Shown piece by piece: positions 33,877 through 43,447 of a stretch of DNA of 64,000 nt (position 1 is its first letter; each line of letters begins with the position of its first letter). The position numbers and the translations under genes are program-made. The notes beneath the pieces were generated by a model. That model searched no databases. It was given only the letters and a program-made list of their open reading frames with translations, and was not told the DNA's origin. The DNA is from Burkholderiales bacterium (lineage in GTDB: Bacteria; Pseudomonadota; Gammaproteobacteria; Burkholderiales; Burkholderiaceae_C): the NCBI GenBank assembly GCA_947372225.1, contig CANBSV010000004.1, positions 830 through 64,829 on the forward strand, written 5' to 3'.

Positions 33877-34719
33877 ATGAAATTCATCGATCAGCTGGCC
33901 GCCGCCGAGCGCGTCAACGACTCCTTGCTGTGCGTCGGACTCGATCCCGAGCCATCGAAATTTCCGGGCGCCTGGAAGGACGATGCCGCTCGCATCTTCG
34001 ACTTTTGCGCGGCGATCGTTGATGCCACCAAGGATCAGGCGATCGCCTTCAAGCCGCAGATCGCCTACTTCGCGGCGCACCGCGCCGAGGACCAGCTCGA
34101 GCAGCTGATCACGCACATCCACACGGTCGCGCCGCAGGTGCCGGTGATCCTCGACGCCAAGCGCGGCGACATCGGCAGCACCGCGCAGCAATACGCCCGC
34201 GAGGCCTTCGAGCGCTACCGCGCCGATGCGCTCACGCTGTCGCCGTTCATGGGCCACGACTCGATCGAACCGTATTTCGACTACCCGGACAAAGGTCTGA
34301 TCCTGCTGTGCCGCACGTCGAATCCGGGCGGCTCGGACCTGCAGGCGCAGCGGCTGGTCGGCGCCGACGGCCGCCCCGGGGACCTGCTGTTCGAGCACGT
34401 GGCACGGCTCGCGCAAGGCGCGTGGAACCGCACCGGCCAGCTCGGCCTGGTGGTGGGTGCGACCTTCCCGGCCGAGATCGCACGCGTGCGCGAACTCGCG
34501 CCCACGCTGCCGCTGCTGATTCCCGGGGTCGGCGCGCAAGGCGGTGATGCCGCCGCCACGGTGCGCGTGGGCTGGCGCTCGCAGGCCGGACACACCACCG
34601 GGGCGATCGCCGTCAACTCCTCGCGCGCGATCCTGTACGCCAGCGCGGGTGATGACTTCACGGTGGCGGCGCGGCGGGTGGCCGAGGCGACACGCCAGCA
34701 ACTGAACGCGGCACGCTGA
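33877..34719 (+). CDS. pyrF: Orotidine 5'-phosphate decarboxylase (type 2)
   Basis: LCVGLDP, FKPQIAYF, ILDAKRGDIGST, LLIPGVGAQGG. Confidence 0.9.
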   Translation: MKFIDQLAAAERVNDSLLCVGLDPEPSKFPGAWKDDAARIFDFCAAIVDATKDQAIAFKPQIAYFAAHRAEDQLEQLITHIHTVAPQVPVILDAKRGDIGSTAQQYAREAFERYRADALTLSPFMGHDSIEPYFDYPDKGLILLCRTSNPGGSDLQAQRLVGADGRPGDLLFEHVARLAQGAWNRTGQLGLVVGATFPAEIARVRELAPTLPLLIPGVGAQGGDAAATVRVGWRSQAGHTTGAIAVNSSRAILYASAGDDFTVAARRVAEATRQQLNAAR

Positions 34720-34746
34720 GCCCGCGCGCGCCTGGCGCCGCGACGA

Positions 34747-36465
34747 TCAATCCAGGCTGACCTCGGCGCGCACCACGCCGGCCCGATCGGCACGAGCGCT
34801 GACCGCCAGCCGCGTGCCTTGCGGCGCACGCACCACCCACTCACCGACCGCGCGGTCGGCCGTCACGTTGCCACCCGGCATGGACAGCAGCGAACTCCTG
34901 GGCGCATGGCCTTCGAGCTGCGGACCTTCGTAGCGCGACTTGCCACTGACCAGCGAGACCGCCGTGCCGTCGGTGCCATTGCCGGTGGGCAGGTGGATCT
35001 CGAACATCACGCCGCGCACGACCTTGCGCTCGAGCGCACGTTTGCTGATGTACGACGGCAGCCAGCCGCTGTTGGCCACCGCGAGGCGCACACGCCAGGT
35101 GTCGGGGCCGAGTGCGCGCACCTCGGTGCGCAGCAGCTCGAGCCGGGGCAGACTCAAGGCCAGTTGCGTCATCCACGCCGGGAAACGTGCAGCCTCGCGT
35201 TCACGCAGGTGCGGCGGCGGATTGCGCCAGTAGTTCTGGAAATCCCAGCCGCCGATCTCGACCGCGCCGAGCTGAGGGTGATCAAACGCGCGCCACTCCA
35301 CATGCGCCTGACCGTCGCAGTGCTCATCGCTCCACTTGAGCAGCTTCAAGTCGTCTTCGACCGGGTGCTCGCGGTACCAGTCGATCCACGGGTACCCGGT
35401 GATGCCGGCCTCGGCGTTGGGCGCCCAGATTTCCACCGTCCAGAACAGCGCGCCCAGGTGCTCGTAGACCCAGTCCTGCGTGCCGGTGATGATTTCCTTG
35501 GGGTGGTACTTGAACTCGTGCCACGCGCTGACCGCCGGATAGCCGGTGAGCTTGGCGCCCAAGGCGCTGAAGCGCTTGAACGACCACAGGTCCTCGGGGA
35601 TCATGTCCTCGTCGGATTGCGTGCCCATGGGCCGCAGGATCACGCCGCTGTGCGTGTGAAAGCTGATGGCCGCGCCGATGTTGGGGTGGCCGGTGATGAA
35701 GTCGACCATCGCGCGCACCTCAGGCTCACTGGTCGGATAGGGGCCGGCGCCGGTCTGCTCGTACTCCTGGCGCCACTGCGACGGGAAGTTGCGGTTCAGG
35801 TCCAACCCCTCGACATCGGCGTTGATTTTCACGGTCAGGCCGTCGTAGCGCTTGAGCGTGCCCTCGGGCATGACGCGGTAGTACTCGCCACCGAATTCGC
35901 CGGGCTCGCGCGGCACCATCAGCCGGGGGTCGAGCTCGCAGCGCTTGTGGCCGCCGTGAGGATCCGCGATGCGCATCATGAGCACGCGGCCGTCGCCATC
36001 GATGTCTTCCATGGTCAGCCCGTCGACCGGGTCTTCGGCCCACGGGTAGCGCCGCGTCGACGAGCGAATGTGGCGCGGCCGGTCGGCCAGCGCGAGCTCG
36101 GCGCCGTCGGGGTTCAGGCGCGGACACAGGTAGACCACGCGGGTGTCCAGCAGCTGCGTGATCTTCGCGTCGCGGCCGTATCCGGTGACCAGCTGGTGCA
36201 GGTAGTAAAGACACGCGGTACTGGCCGTCAACTCGGCCGCGTGGATGTTGCCGTCGGCCCAGAACGCGGGCTTGTCGGTGTCGATGCCGGTGACCGCATT
36301 CGTGACCACCGCCAGCCAGATGTCGCGGCCTTCGTGGCTTTGGCCGATCGACACCACCGACACCAGATCGGGGTGCGCTGCGGCGTAGTCGGCGAGCAGT
36401 TGCGTCAGCGCGTCGTGCCGGTAGAACGTGTCGAAGCGCGGAGCAGGGGTGGCGGGTGCGTTCAT
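34747..36465 (-). CDS. M14-family zinc carboxypeptidase-like protein
   Basis: SIGQSHEGRDIWL...ADGNIHAAELT (HxxE zinc motif)...AISFHTHSG (second His). Confidence 0.8.
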   Translation of the reverse strand: MNAPATPAPRFDTFYRHDALTQLLADYAAAHPDLVSVVSIGQSHEGRDIWLAVVTNAVTGIDTDKPAFWADGNIHAAELTASTACLYYLHQLVTGYGRDAKITQLLDTRVVYLCPRLNPDGAELALADRPRHIRSSTRRYPWAEDPVDGLTMEDIDGDGRVLMMRIADPHGGHKRCELDPRLMVPREPGEFGGEYYRVMPEGTLKRYDGLTVKINADVEGLDLNRNFPSQWRQEYEQTGAGPYPTSEPEVRAMVDFITGHPNIGAAISFHTHSGVILRPMGTQSDEDMIPEDLWSFKRFSALGAKLTGYPAVSAWHEFKYHPKEIITGTQDWVYEHLGALFWTVEIWAPNAEAGITGYPWIDWYREHPVEDDLKLLKWSDEHCDGQAHVEWRAFDHPQLGAVEIGGWDFQNYWRNPPPHLREREAARFPAWMTQLALSLPRLELLRTEVRALGPDTWRVRLAVANSGWLPSYISKRALERKVVRGVMFEIHLPTGNGTDGTAVSLVSGKSRYEGPQLEGHAPRSSLLSMPGGNVTADRAVGEWVVRAPQGTRLAVSARADRAGVVRAEVSLD

Positions 36466-36527
36466 GGACAGGCTCGGCAGGGTGTGAGTCGGTCAGGCCA
36501 TCTTAGGTGGTGGCCGTTGGCGACGCG

Positions 36528-37286
36528 TCACACCGCCAGCGGCTCGCCGGCCACGAACACCTTCAACTCGCCGGGCGCAAAGTCCACCCAGGGCTCGTCG
36601 CGCGTGAGCGGCTCGGTGACGATCACCGCGACCCGGTCCGATGGCGTGGTCAGCCGCGAGAAGTCGACGCTGATGTCGCCGTCTTGCAGCCGCGCTTCGC
36701 GAAACGGATGTTGGCGCACCAGGTAGGTCAGCTTCGTCGAGCAGTGCGCCCACAGCGCCTCGCCCTGGCTGAGCATGAAGTTGAAGGTGCCGTGCGCGGC
36801 AATCTGGGGCACCAGCTCGCGCAGCGTGGCGGTGAGTTCGGCCACCGGCGGCAAGCTGGCGTGCGCCTTGGCCAGCTCTTGCATCAGCCAGCAAAACGCC
36901 AGCTCGCTGTCGGTGTCGCCCACCGGGTGGAACGACGCATGCAGCCGCGGCGCATAACCGGTGAGGTTGCCGTTGTGCGCGAACACCCAGTAGCGGCCCC
37001 ACAGCTCGCGCACGAACGGGTGGGTGTTTTCCAGCGCCACGCGGCCCTGCGTGGCCTTGCGGATGTGGGCGATCACGTGGTCCGAGCGGATCGGGTAGTT
37101 CTGCACCAGTTCGGCCACCGGCGAATGGCGCGCGCTTTGCGCATCGACGAACAGACGCAGCCCGGCGCCCTCGAAGAATGCAATGCCGAAGCCGTCCCGA
37201 TGCTCCTCGGCACGGGTGGCAAAGCCGGTGAAGCTGAACATGATGTCGGTCGGCGTGTTCCCGTTCATCCCGAGCAGTTGGCACAT
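36528..37286 (-). CDS. Class II (Ntn) glutamine amidotransferase, YafJ-like
   Basis: The start MCQLLGMNG... places the nucleophile Cys directly after Met. Also HIRKATQG...NTHPF and FAHNGNL. Confidence 0.8.
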   Translation of the reverse strand: MCQLLGMNGNTPTDIMFSFTGFATRAEEHRDGFGIAFFEGAGLRLFVDAQSARHSPVAELVQNYPIRSDHVIAHIRKATQGRVALENTHPFVRELWGRYWVFAHNGNLTGYAPRLHASFHPVGDTDSELAFCWLMQELAKAHASLPPVAELTATLRELVPQIAAHGTFNFMLSQGEALWAHCSTKLTYLVRQHPFREARLQDGDISVDFSRLTTPSDRVAVIVTEPLTRDEPWVDFAPGELKVFVAGEPLAV

Positions 37287-37297
37287 GGGTCGGTCCT

Positions 37298-38599
37298 TCA
37301 GCGCCGGTCGAACAGCAGCCGCCACCACGCGCTGGGGCTGGTCAGGCTGCTGGGAACATGGGTTTCCTCGAGCACGCCGCTCATGCGCTTGAGGCGGCCC
37401 GGGCTGCGGCGCGCGCTCCACACCAGCAGGTCAACCAGCCACGGATGGTCGTTGACGGCGTTGGCGCGCTCGTAGACCGCATAGCGCGGCGCCAATGCGC
37501 GCACCCGCTGTTCGTAAGTGGCGCGCACCTGCGAATCGCCTGTGGCATCGCAGCGCCCCTCGATCACCGCTTCGGCAGCCAGGATGCCGGTTTCCATCGC
37601 CTTGCCGATGCCCTCGCCGGTGAAGGCATAGGTGCTGCCCGCGGCCTCGCCGGTCACCAGCAGGCCTGGGCGCGAGAACTGCGCACCCTCGAGCGAGCAG
37701 CGCAGCGGCGCACCCTTGAGCTCGCCGACCCACTCGCCGCTGCCCACCAGCTCGCCCGCGGCGGGGTGCACGCGGGTGAATGCCTCGAACATCGAGCGCA
37801 GGTTGACGTCTTGCATCGTCTCGCCGCCGCGCGAGCCCGCACCACGGCGCTTGGCATGGCTGTGCGCCACGCCCACACCGATGTTGAACACACCGTTCGG
37901 GCAAGGAAAGATCCACCCGTAGCCGCGCTTCATGTGCCGGTGCCACACCACTTCCAGCTCGGTGATGCGCCCGACCAGCGCCGGGTTGCGCACATAGCCG
38001 CGCAGCGCCACGCCGCTGGGCGTGCGGCGCTCGCACACACCGGCGGCTTGCAGCGCCAGCGGCGGCGCGCCGCTGGCGATCAGCACCCACGCCGCGCGCA
38101 CCTCGTGCTCGGTGTCGCCCGAACGCAGCCGCGCACCCACCACCCGCACCACGCCGTCCACCGTGGATTCGAGCGGTCCCACAAAGCGCAGAGGCGCGAA
38201 CATGCGCGCGCCGGCCGCGGCCGCACCGCGGCAAAGAATCAGATCGAGCTGGCGACGTGGCAGCACCGCCAGCGTGCCAGGCACGTCCACTCGACCGCCG
38301 CGCGGGCCGATCACGGCGACATGTCCCGCCGCTTGCGCCTGGCCCAGCACCTCGTCGAGCAACCCCAGACGGCGCAGCGCGTGATGGGCGTCGGGAATCA
38401 GCCCGTCGCCGCAGACCTTGTCGCGCGGAAACGCCTGCTGATCGACGAGCACCACATCGAACCCGGCGCGCGCCAGCGTCAGCGCGGCCGCGCTGCCTGC
38501 GGGGCCCGCGCCCACGACGATCACATCGCATCGCGCGGGCAGATCGGACGGCGACAGGTTGATGTCGCAGCTTGGGGCAATGGCCAAAGTGGGGCTCAC
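37298..38599 (-). CDS. FAD-dependent oxidoreductase, geranylgeranyl-reductase family
   Basis: DVIVVGAGPAGSAAA dinucleotide fold, CGDGL, and a late GEAAG motif (VTGEAAGSTYAFTGEGI). Confidence 0.75.
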   Translation of the reverse strand: MSPTLAIAPSCDINLSPSDLPARCDVIVVGAGPAGSAAALTLARAGFDVVLVDQQAFPRDKVCGDGLIPDAHHALRRLGLLDEVLGQAQAAGHVAVIGPRGGRVDVPGTLAVLPRRQLDLILCRGAAAAGARMFAPLRFVGPLESTVDGVVRVVGARLRSGDTEHEVRAAWVLIASGAPPLALQAAGVCERRTPSGVALRGYVRNPALVGRITELEVVWHRHMKRGYGWIFPCPNGVFNIGVGVAHSHAKRRGAGSRGGETMQDVNLRSMFEAFTRVHPAAGELVGSGEWVGELKGAPLRCSLEGAQFSRPGLLVTGEAAGSTYAFTGEGIGKAMETGILAAEAVIEGRCDATGDSQVRATYEQRVRALAPRYAVYERANAVNDHPWLVDLLVWSARRSPGRLKRMSGVLEETHVPSSLTSPSAWWRLLFDRR

Positions 38600-38621
38600 G
38601 GGAAAAGCGGCGCTCGCGCGA

Positions 38622-40163
38622 TCAGACGGCGTAAAGGTGGAAGAAGCCGTTTTGATACACCGGTCTGAGGCCTTCGCCCTGCAGCGGCCGCTCGCTCAAG
38701 ATGAAGTCGATTCGATACCTTTTCTTGATCTCGGGCAGGGCCGAAATGTCCTTCACGACCAGATCGCGTGCCAGCACACGCTGGTACCACTCATAGATCA
38801 ACAGGTTGGTGGTCGGCACAAATTTGTAGACAGAAAAGCTGTCCCGCTGCGTCTTGCGGATGAAAGCCAGATGTCCTGGCGAACGGTCTTCGAGATCCAG
38901 AACGACCGCCGCCGAATCCGTGTTGAGCCGGATCCAGTCGGTCGTCGAATTCAGCGCCGCCTGCTTGCCCGAGGGGTATGCCACGCGATACGAGTCCACC
39001 CCGTTCCGGTAAAGCCGACTGCCCAGCCCCAGCGCGACGAATACCAGCATCACCGAGACCACGGTGAGCTGACGGGTTCGCCCATTTGAATCTTCAGCTG
39101 GGGATCTGGATTCCGCAGGGTGCAGCCAGCCTGATTTCTTGAACAGCACGAACAGCAAGGTCAAGCTCAGGAAAAGTGAAAGAGCGCTCGTCCTGTAGGG
39201 ATAAAACTTCAAGAACACACCCTGGGTGTCCAAAACGGCGGTCAGGAGACTGAGGAACTGTTGCGCAAAAAGGATGAGGCTCAACAGGCAGAGCGTGCGA
39301 ATGGCAGGGTCCTTGTCCTTGCCATGGGTCTTGATGCACAACCAGCCCATGACCGCGCTCAACGCCACCCCGATCCGCACCGCAGTGTCTCCATGCAACA
39401 GCTTCGCCATGACGGCGAGGTGATGCGGGTTTCGGACGTAGGCATAGACCCAGCTCACGGTCATGCCGTCGATCACGTTCGGGTTGTGAACAAGGTATTT
39501 GCCCGCGAGATAGAACGCCAGAGGCATCAGCAGCGCGGCCAGTATCAATGCGGAGACGAACAGCTCCCGCAAGGGTATGCGACGAAGAAGAAAATAGGCA
39601 CCTAGCGCCAGAACATACCAGCCGCCCACCAAAACATGGAAGTAAATGGCAGCGGCGGCAAATACCACGGACAACCGCGTTCTCTCCTCAAGCAAATAAT
39701 AAATACTGTAAAAAACGAAGGCATAAGAAACGACTTTGGTCTCAAAGGACCTGAAGATCCATTCATTCCCAAAAAAGCTTTGGTGAGACACCACAAATGC
39801 GGTCAGAAGAAAAACCGCCTCCAGGTGACTGAACCGCAATTTCTTGAAGAAAAGAGACAGTGGAAAGGCCAAAAGAATCGCACACAGCGTTCGCCCCAGC
39901 GCCGCGATCTGCTCAAAGCTGGCAAAGCCCAAGGCCCAACCCACCACGGTATCGAAAATGATGCGGGTTCCGGGGACGTCCTTGATACTCAGGGCACCGG
40001 GAATCCAGTGCGGGTCCGCAAAAGCCTTCGCGAATACAAAATACTCTTCTTCGTTGTCGCTCAACCTGATGGAAAGCGTCGCCAGAAAAATAACCGCGAA
40101 CATCAATACCCGCAGATCAATCCTGTTGATCAGATCGACAAACTTCCGGGTTTCATTTTTCAT
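38622..40163 (-). CDS. AT-richer polytopic membrane protein (about 12 TM plus a C-terminal soluble domain of about 130 aa); possible GT-C-like glycosyltransferase or polymerase
   Basis: Start MKNETRKFVDLIN... at 40163 within track ORF 38622..40436. Highly hydrophobic, Phe/Leu/Tyr-rich sequence. My counts on the 60-nt lines at 39661 and 39721 are 23/60 and 24/60 G+C, against 40/60 at 38401 in the neighbouring gene. I recognised no family motif. Confidence 0.7.
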   Translation of the reverse strand: MKNETRKFVDLINRIDLRVLMFAVIFLATLSIRLSDNEEEYFVFAKAFADPHWIPGALSIKDVPGTRIIFDTVVGWALGFASFEQIAALGRTLCAILLAFPLSLFFKKLRFSHLEAVFLLTAFVVSHQSFFGNEWIFRSFETKVVSYAFVFYSIYYLLEERTRLSVVFAAAAIYFHVLVGGWYVLALGAYFLLRRIPLRELFVSALILAALLMPLAFYLAGKYLVHNPNVIDGMTVSWVYAYVRNPHHLAVMAKLLHGDTAVRIGVALSAVMGWLCIKTHGKDKDPAIRTLCLLSLILFAQQFLSLLTAVLDTQGVFLKFYPYRTSALSLFLSLTLLFVLFKKSGWLHPAESRSPAEDSNGRTRQLTVVSVMLVFVALGLGSRLYRNGVDSYRVAYPSGKQAALNSTTDWIRLNTDSAAVVLDLEDRSPGHLAFIRKTQRDSFSVYKFVPTTNLLIYEWYQRVLARDLVVKDISALPEIKKRYRIDFILSERPLQGEGLRPVYQNGFFHLYAV

Positions 40164-40372
40164 GGGTGGTCTTGTATGTCCCGACGTCCAGAGCGTTCGC
40201 CTGAGGGCCTGAGCGTCCTCTGGCCGCCGACTGCGGTGCAGATTGTGGGCGCGTCGCGGTCGCCCTCCTAGAATCCCGCTTCTGCTCGCCCACCCGCCTT
40301 GACACTCCGTCCCCTGCCCACACCACAGTCCGATGCGGCCTGCGGGGTCGTGTTGGCAGTCACGACCCGGGT

Positions 40373-41359
40373 GTGCCGCTGATGGCTCTCGGGCGCCAGC
40401 ACGCCATGCAACTGCTGCGTCTGGTGGGAGCACCACTGCTGCTGTCGGCCGTGGTGTGGCTGGCCGGCCCGCAAGCCGTGCTGGCAGCGGTGCGAGGCGC
40501 CGACCTGGGCTGGCTGGCGCTGGGTCTGGTCAGTGCAACCGCAGGCAACACCTCTTCGTCTTTGCGTTGGGCCGAGCTCGCGCGCTGGCTGGGCCACCGG
40601 GTGCACGCGCGCTGGGCCATCGCGGTGTATTTCCGCGGCGTGGCCATCAATGCACTGTTGCCCGGGGCGGTGCTCGGCGGCGACATGTTTCGCGCCTGGC
40701 AACTGAACCGCGACGGCTGCGCGATGGGCGCGGCGAGTCTGTCGGTGGTGCTGGATCGTCTGAGCGGGCTGTGGATCCTGTTCGCGCTCGGCGCACTTGC
40801 GCTTTTCGTCGGGCTGGGTACGCCCGAGATGGACATCCTGCGCGCGCGACTGCATGTGCCCGACGGGTGGCCGTCGGGAGTGATCGCCGCCAGCTTGCTG
40901 AGCGTCGTGCTGTTGTTGCCTTTGCTGGTGCTGAGCACGCTCGCGGCACTGGCCGGCTGGGGCGCCAAGCCCGGTGGACGGCGGGCGATGGCGGTCGATC
41001 TGCTGCGCCGTCCGGACGGTTTTCAGCAGTACCGGCGCCAGGCTGTCGCCTCGCTGGCGGTACAGGCCTTTGCGGTGGGCGCGCTGTACTGCGCGGGGCG
41101 CGCCTTTGGCGTCGTGCTGCCATGGTGGGTGGTGGCTTTCACGGCGGGGCCGATCTTCGTGTTTGCCGCGCTGCCGGTGAGCTTTGGCGGCTGGGGCACA
41201 CGCGAAGTGGCCACCGTCACCGCCTGGTCGGCCTTTGGGATCGCACCGCCGTTGGCGGTGGCCGCGGCGGCGGCCTTCGGTATCTATGCGCTGGCGCAAG
41301 CCACACTGGCCTGGTTGCCGATACCGTCCAAGCCATCGGTTGCACCCCACACCCCCTGA
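40373..41359 (+). CDS. UPF0104 / LPG-synthase-TM 'flippase-like' membrane protein
   Basis: Multi-TM protein with FRGVAINALLPGAVLGGDMFR and LSVVLDRLSGLW motifs typical of the family as I recall it. The start is GTG 40373, ATG 40382 or ATG 40406. Confidence 0.6.
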   Translation: MPLMALGRQHAMQLLRLVGAPLLLSAVVWLAGPQAVLAAVRGADLGWLALGLVSATAGNTSSSLRWAELARWLGHRVHARWAIAVYFRGVAINALLPGAVLGGDMFRAWQLNRDGCAMGAASLSVVLDRLSGLWILFALGALALFVGLGTPEMDILRARLHVPDGWPSGVIAASLLSVVLLLPLLVLSTLAALAGWGAKPGGRRAMAVDLLRRPDGFQQYRRQAVASLAVQAFAVGALYCAGRAFGVVLPWWVVAFTAGPIFVFAALPVSFGGWGTREVATVTAWSAFGIAPPLAVAAAAAFGIYALAQATLAWLPIPSKPSVAPHTP

Positions 41360-41368
41360 TTTGCGGGC

Positions 41369-42502
41369 ATGTCCTTGAAGCCATCCACACCGACGTCCGG
41401 TCCCGGCACACAGCCACCGCACGTGGTTCATCTGGAAACCGGTCGCTTCGTCTACGGCGGCGCGCGTCAGGTGCTGTACCTGACCGAGCATCTGCCCGCG
41501 CTGGGCGTGCGCAGCACGCTGGTGTGCGCCAAAGGTGGCGAGATGGCCAGCCGGGCGCGCGCGTCGGGCACCGAGGTGATCGAGCTGGCCACCCTGGGCG
41601 ATGCGGATGTGTCGATCGTGTGGCGATTTGCCGCGCTGCTGCGTCGGCTCAAGCCCGATCTGGTGCACATCCACAGCCGGCGCGGTGCCGACGTGTGGGG
41701 CGCGCTGGGCGCCAAACTGGTCGGCGCACCCACGGTGATGACCCGGCGCAACGACACGCGCGAGGCGCAACTGGCGCTGTGGCTCAAGTACCCGCTGTAC
41801 CGCCACATCGTGGCCATCGCTGAGGGTGTGAAAGACGTGCTGGTCAGCCAGGGCGTCCCCGGTTCGGACATCACCGTGGTGCACAGCGCGATCGACCCGG
41901 CGCACTTCCAGCACCCGCGCTCACGCGCCGAGCTGGCCGCCACCTTCGATCTGGATCCGGCGCAGCCCATCCTGGGCATCGCCGCGCAACTCATCGAGCG
42001 CAAGGGCCACGCGCTGCTGTTCGAGTCCCTTCAGATGCTGGCCTCGCGCTACCCGACCGCCCAGCTGATCGTGTTCGGGCGCGGGCCGCTGTCCGAAAGC
42101 CTGCCGCCATTGGCTGCGCTGCATGGCTTGCAGCAGCGGGTGCGTTTCGCGGGCTTTCGAGCCGACCTCGAGTTGTGGATGGGCGCGCTCGATGTGCTGG
42201 TGCACCCGGCCTACACCGAAGGCCTGGGCAATGTGTGCCTGCAAGCCGCCGCCGCGGGTGTGCCGTGCATCGGCTCGCGCGTGGGCGGGATCCCCGAGGC
42301 CGTGGCCGATGGGGTGACTGGATTGCTGGTTCCAGTGGGCGATGCCGCTGCGCTGGCCGACGCGATCGACCGGCTGCTCAGCGATGCGCCGTTGCGCCAG
42401 CGGCTGGGCGCAGCCGGGCCGGCCTATGTGGAATCGGACTTCACGCCACCGGCCATGGCTGCGGGCAACCGCGCGGTTTACCGCCGCATCCTCGGACGCT
42501 GA
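41369..42502 (+). CDS. GT4-family (GT-B) glycosyltransferase
   Basis: GGARQVLYL...HIHSRRG in the N-domain. E-x7-E motif region: HPAYTEGLGNVCLQAAAAGVPCIGSRVGGIPEAV. Confidence 0.85.
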   Translation: MSLKPSTPTSGPGTQPPHVVHLETGRFVYGGARQVLYLTEHLPALGVRSTLVCAKGGEMASRARASGTEVIELATLGDADVSIVWRFAALLRRLKPDLVHIHSRRGADVWGALGAKLVGAPTVMTRRNDTREAQLALWLKYPLYRHIVAIAEGVKDVLVSQGVPGSDITVVHSAIDPAHFQHPRSRAELAATFDLDPAQPILGIAAQLIERKGHALLFESLQMLASRYPTAQLIVFGRGPLSESLPPLAALHGLQQRVRFAGFRADLELWMGALDVLVHPAYTEGLGNVCLQAAAAGVPCIGSRVGGIPEAVADGVTGLLVPVGDAAALADAIDRLLSDAPLRQRLGAAGPAYVESDFTPPAMAAGNRAVYRRILGR

Positions 42503-42565
42503 GCGCACAGTGACACAGCCCATTCAACTTCCTGTCCATCACCCCACTCCACGGAGGCTCGCGCG

Positions 42566-43447
42566 ATGACTGAAATCACCCAACTGGCCATTGAAAGCTG
42601 GGCCGGGCCTTGCTCCGCACTGGCCCAGACCACTGCGATCGATGCCCTCGAAAAAGGCGACGTGCTGCTGCTGCCGAAGCTCGATTTCGCGCTGCACGAC
42701 GATGAACGCGCTCTGTACTTTCAGAACACTGGCGTCGAGGTCAAGGGCAAAAACATCAGCCTGAACCTGGCCGACAACAGCGTGCGCGGCAGTCATGCCA
42801 ATGCAGCCGAACTGGGCGTGCTGCGCGACATGATGGTGCGCTTTGCCACCGACAGCCGCGCGCTGGTGCATGCCCTGCTGCCTGGTTACGTGAGCACCAT
42901 CGAGCAGGGACGAACCAGCTTCCGGCCGGTCGAAGTGGCGGGTCGGGCAAGTTCCTGGCGCAAGGACGACACGCGGTTGCACGTCGACAGCTTTCCGTCG
43001 TCGCCGACCCGGGGCAAACGCATTCTTCGGCTGTTCACCAACGTGAACCCCCATGGCCAGGGGCGCAACTGGCGTCTGGGCGAGCGTTTCGAAGATGTGG
43101 CGCGCCGCTACCTCGGCTCGCTCCCGGAACCCCTTTGGGGCAGCAGCCAGGTGCTCGCGATGCTGGGCATCACCAAGGGCAGGCGCAGCAACTACGACCA
43201 CTTCATGCTGCAGTTGCACGACCGCATGAAGGCCGACAGCGCCTATCAGGCCAGCGGCGGACAACGTGAATTCGCGTTTGCGCCGGGCTGCACCTGGCTG
43301 GTCTACACCGATCAGGTCCCTCACGCCGCCATGTCGGGGCGCTTCCTGTTCGAGCAAACGTTCTACCTGCCGGTCGCCGGCATGCACGACCCGGCCACGT
43401 CACCGCTGCGGGTGCTCGAGCGTTTGATGGGCCGCGAACTGGCCTGA
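42566..43447 (+). CDS. kdoO: Kdo hydroxylase (KdoO-family Fe(II)/2-oxoglutarate dioxygenase)
   Basis: Length and motifs match my memory of KdoO: LEKGDVLLLP, RLHVDSFPSSPT (H-x-D), RILRLFTNVNP, WLVYTDQVPHAAMSG (distal His). Confidence 0.7.
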   Translation: MTEITQLAIESWAGPCSALAQTTAIDALEKGDVLLLPKLDFALHDDERALYFQNTGVEVKGKNISLNLADNSVRGSHANAAELGVLRDMMVRFATDSRALVHALLPGYVSTIEQGRTSFRPVEVAGRASSWRKDDTRLHVDSFPSSPTRGKRILRLFTNVNPHGQGRNWRLGERFEDVARRYLGSLPEPLWGSSQVLAMLGITKGRRSNYDHFMLQLHDRMKADSAYQASGGQREFAFAPGCTWLVYTDQVPHAAMSGRFLFEQTFYLPVAGMHDPATSPLRVLERLMGRELA

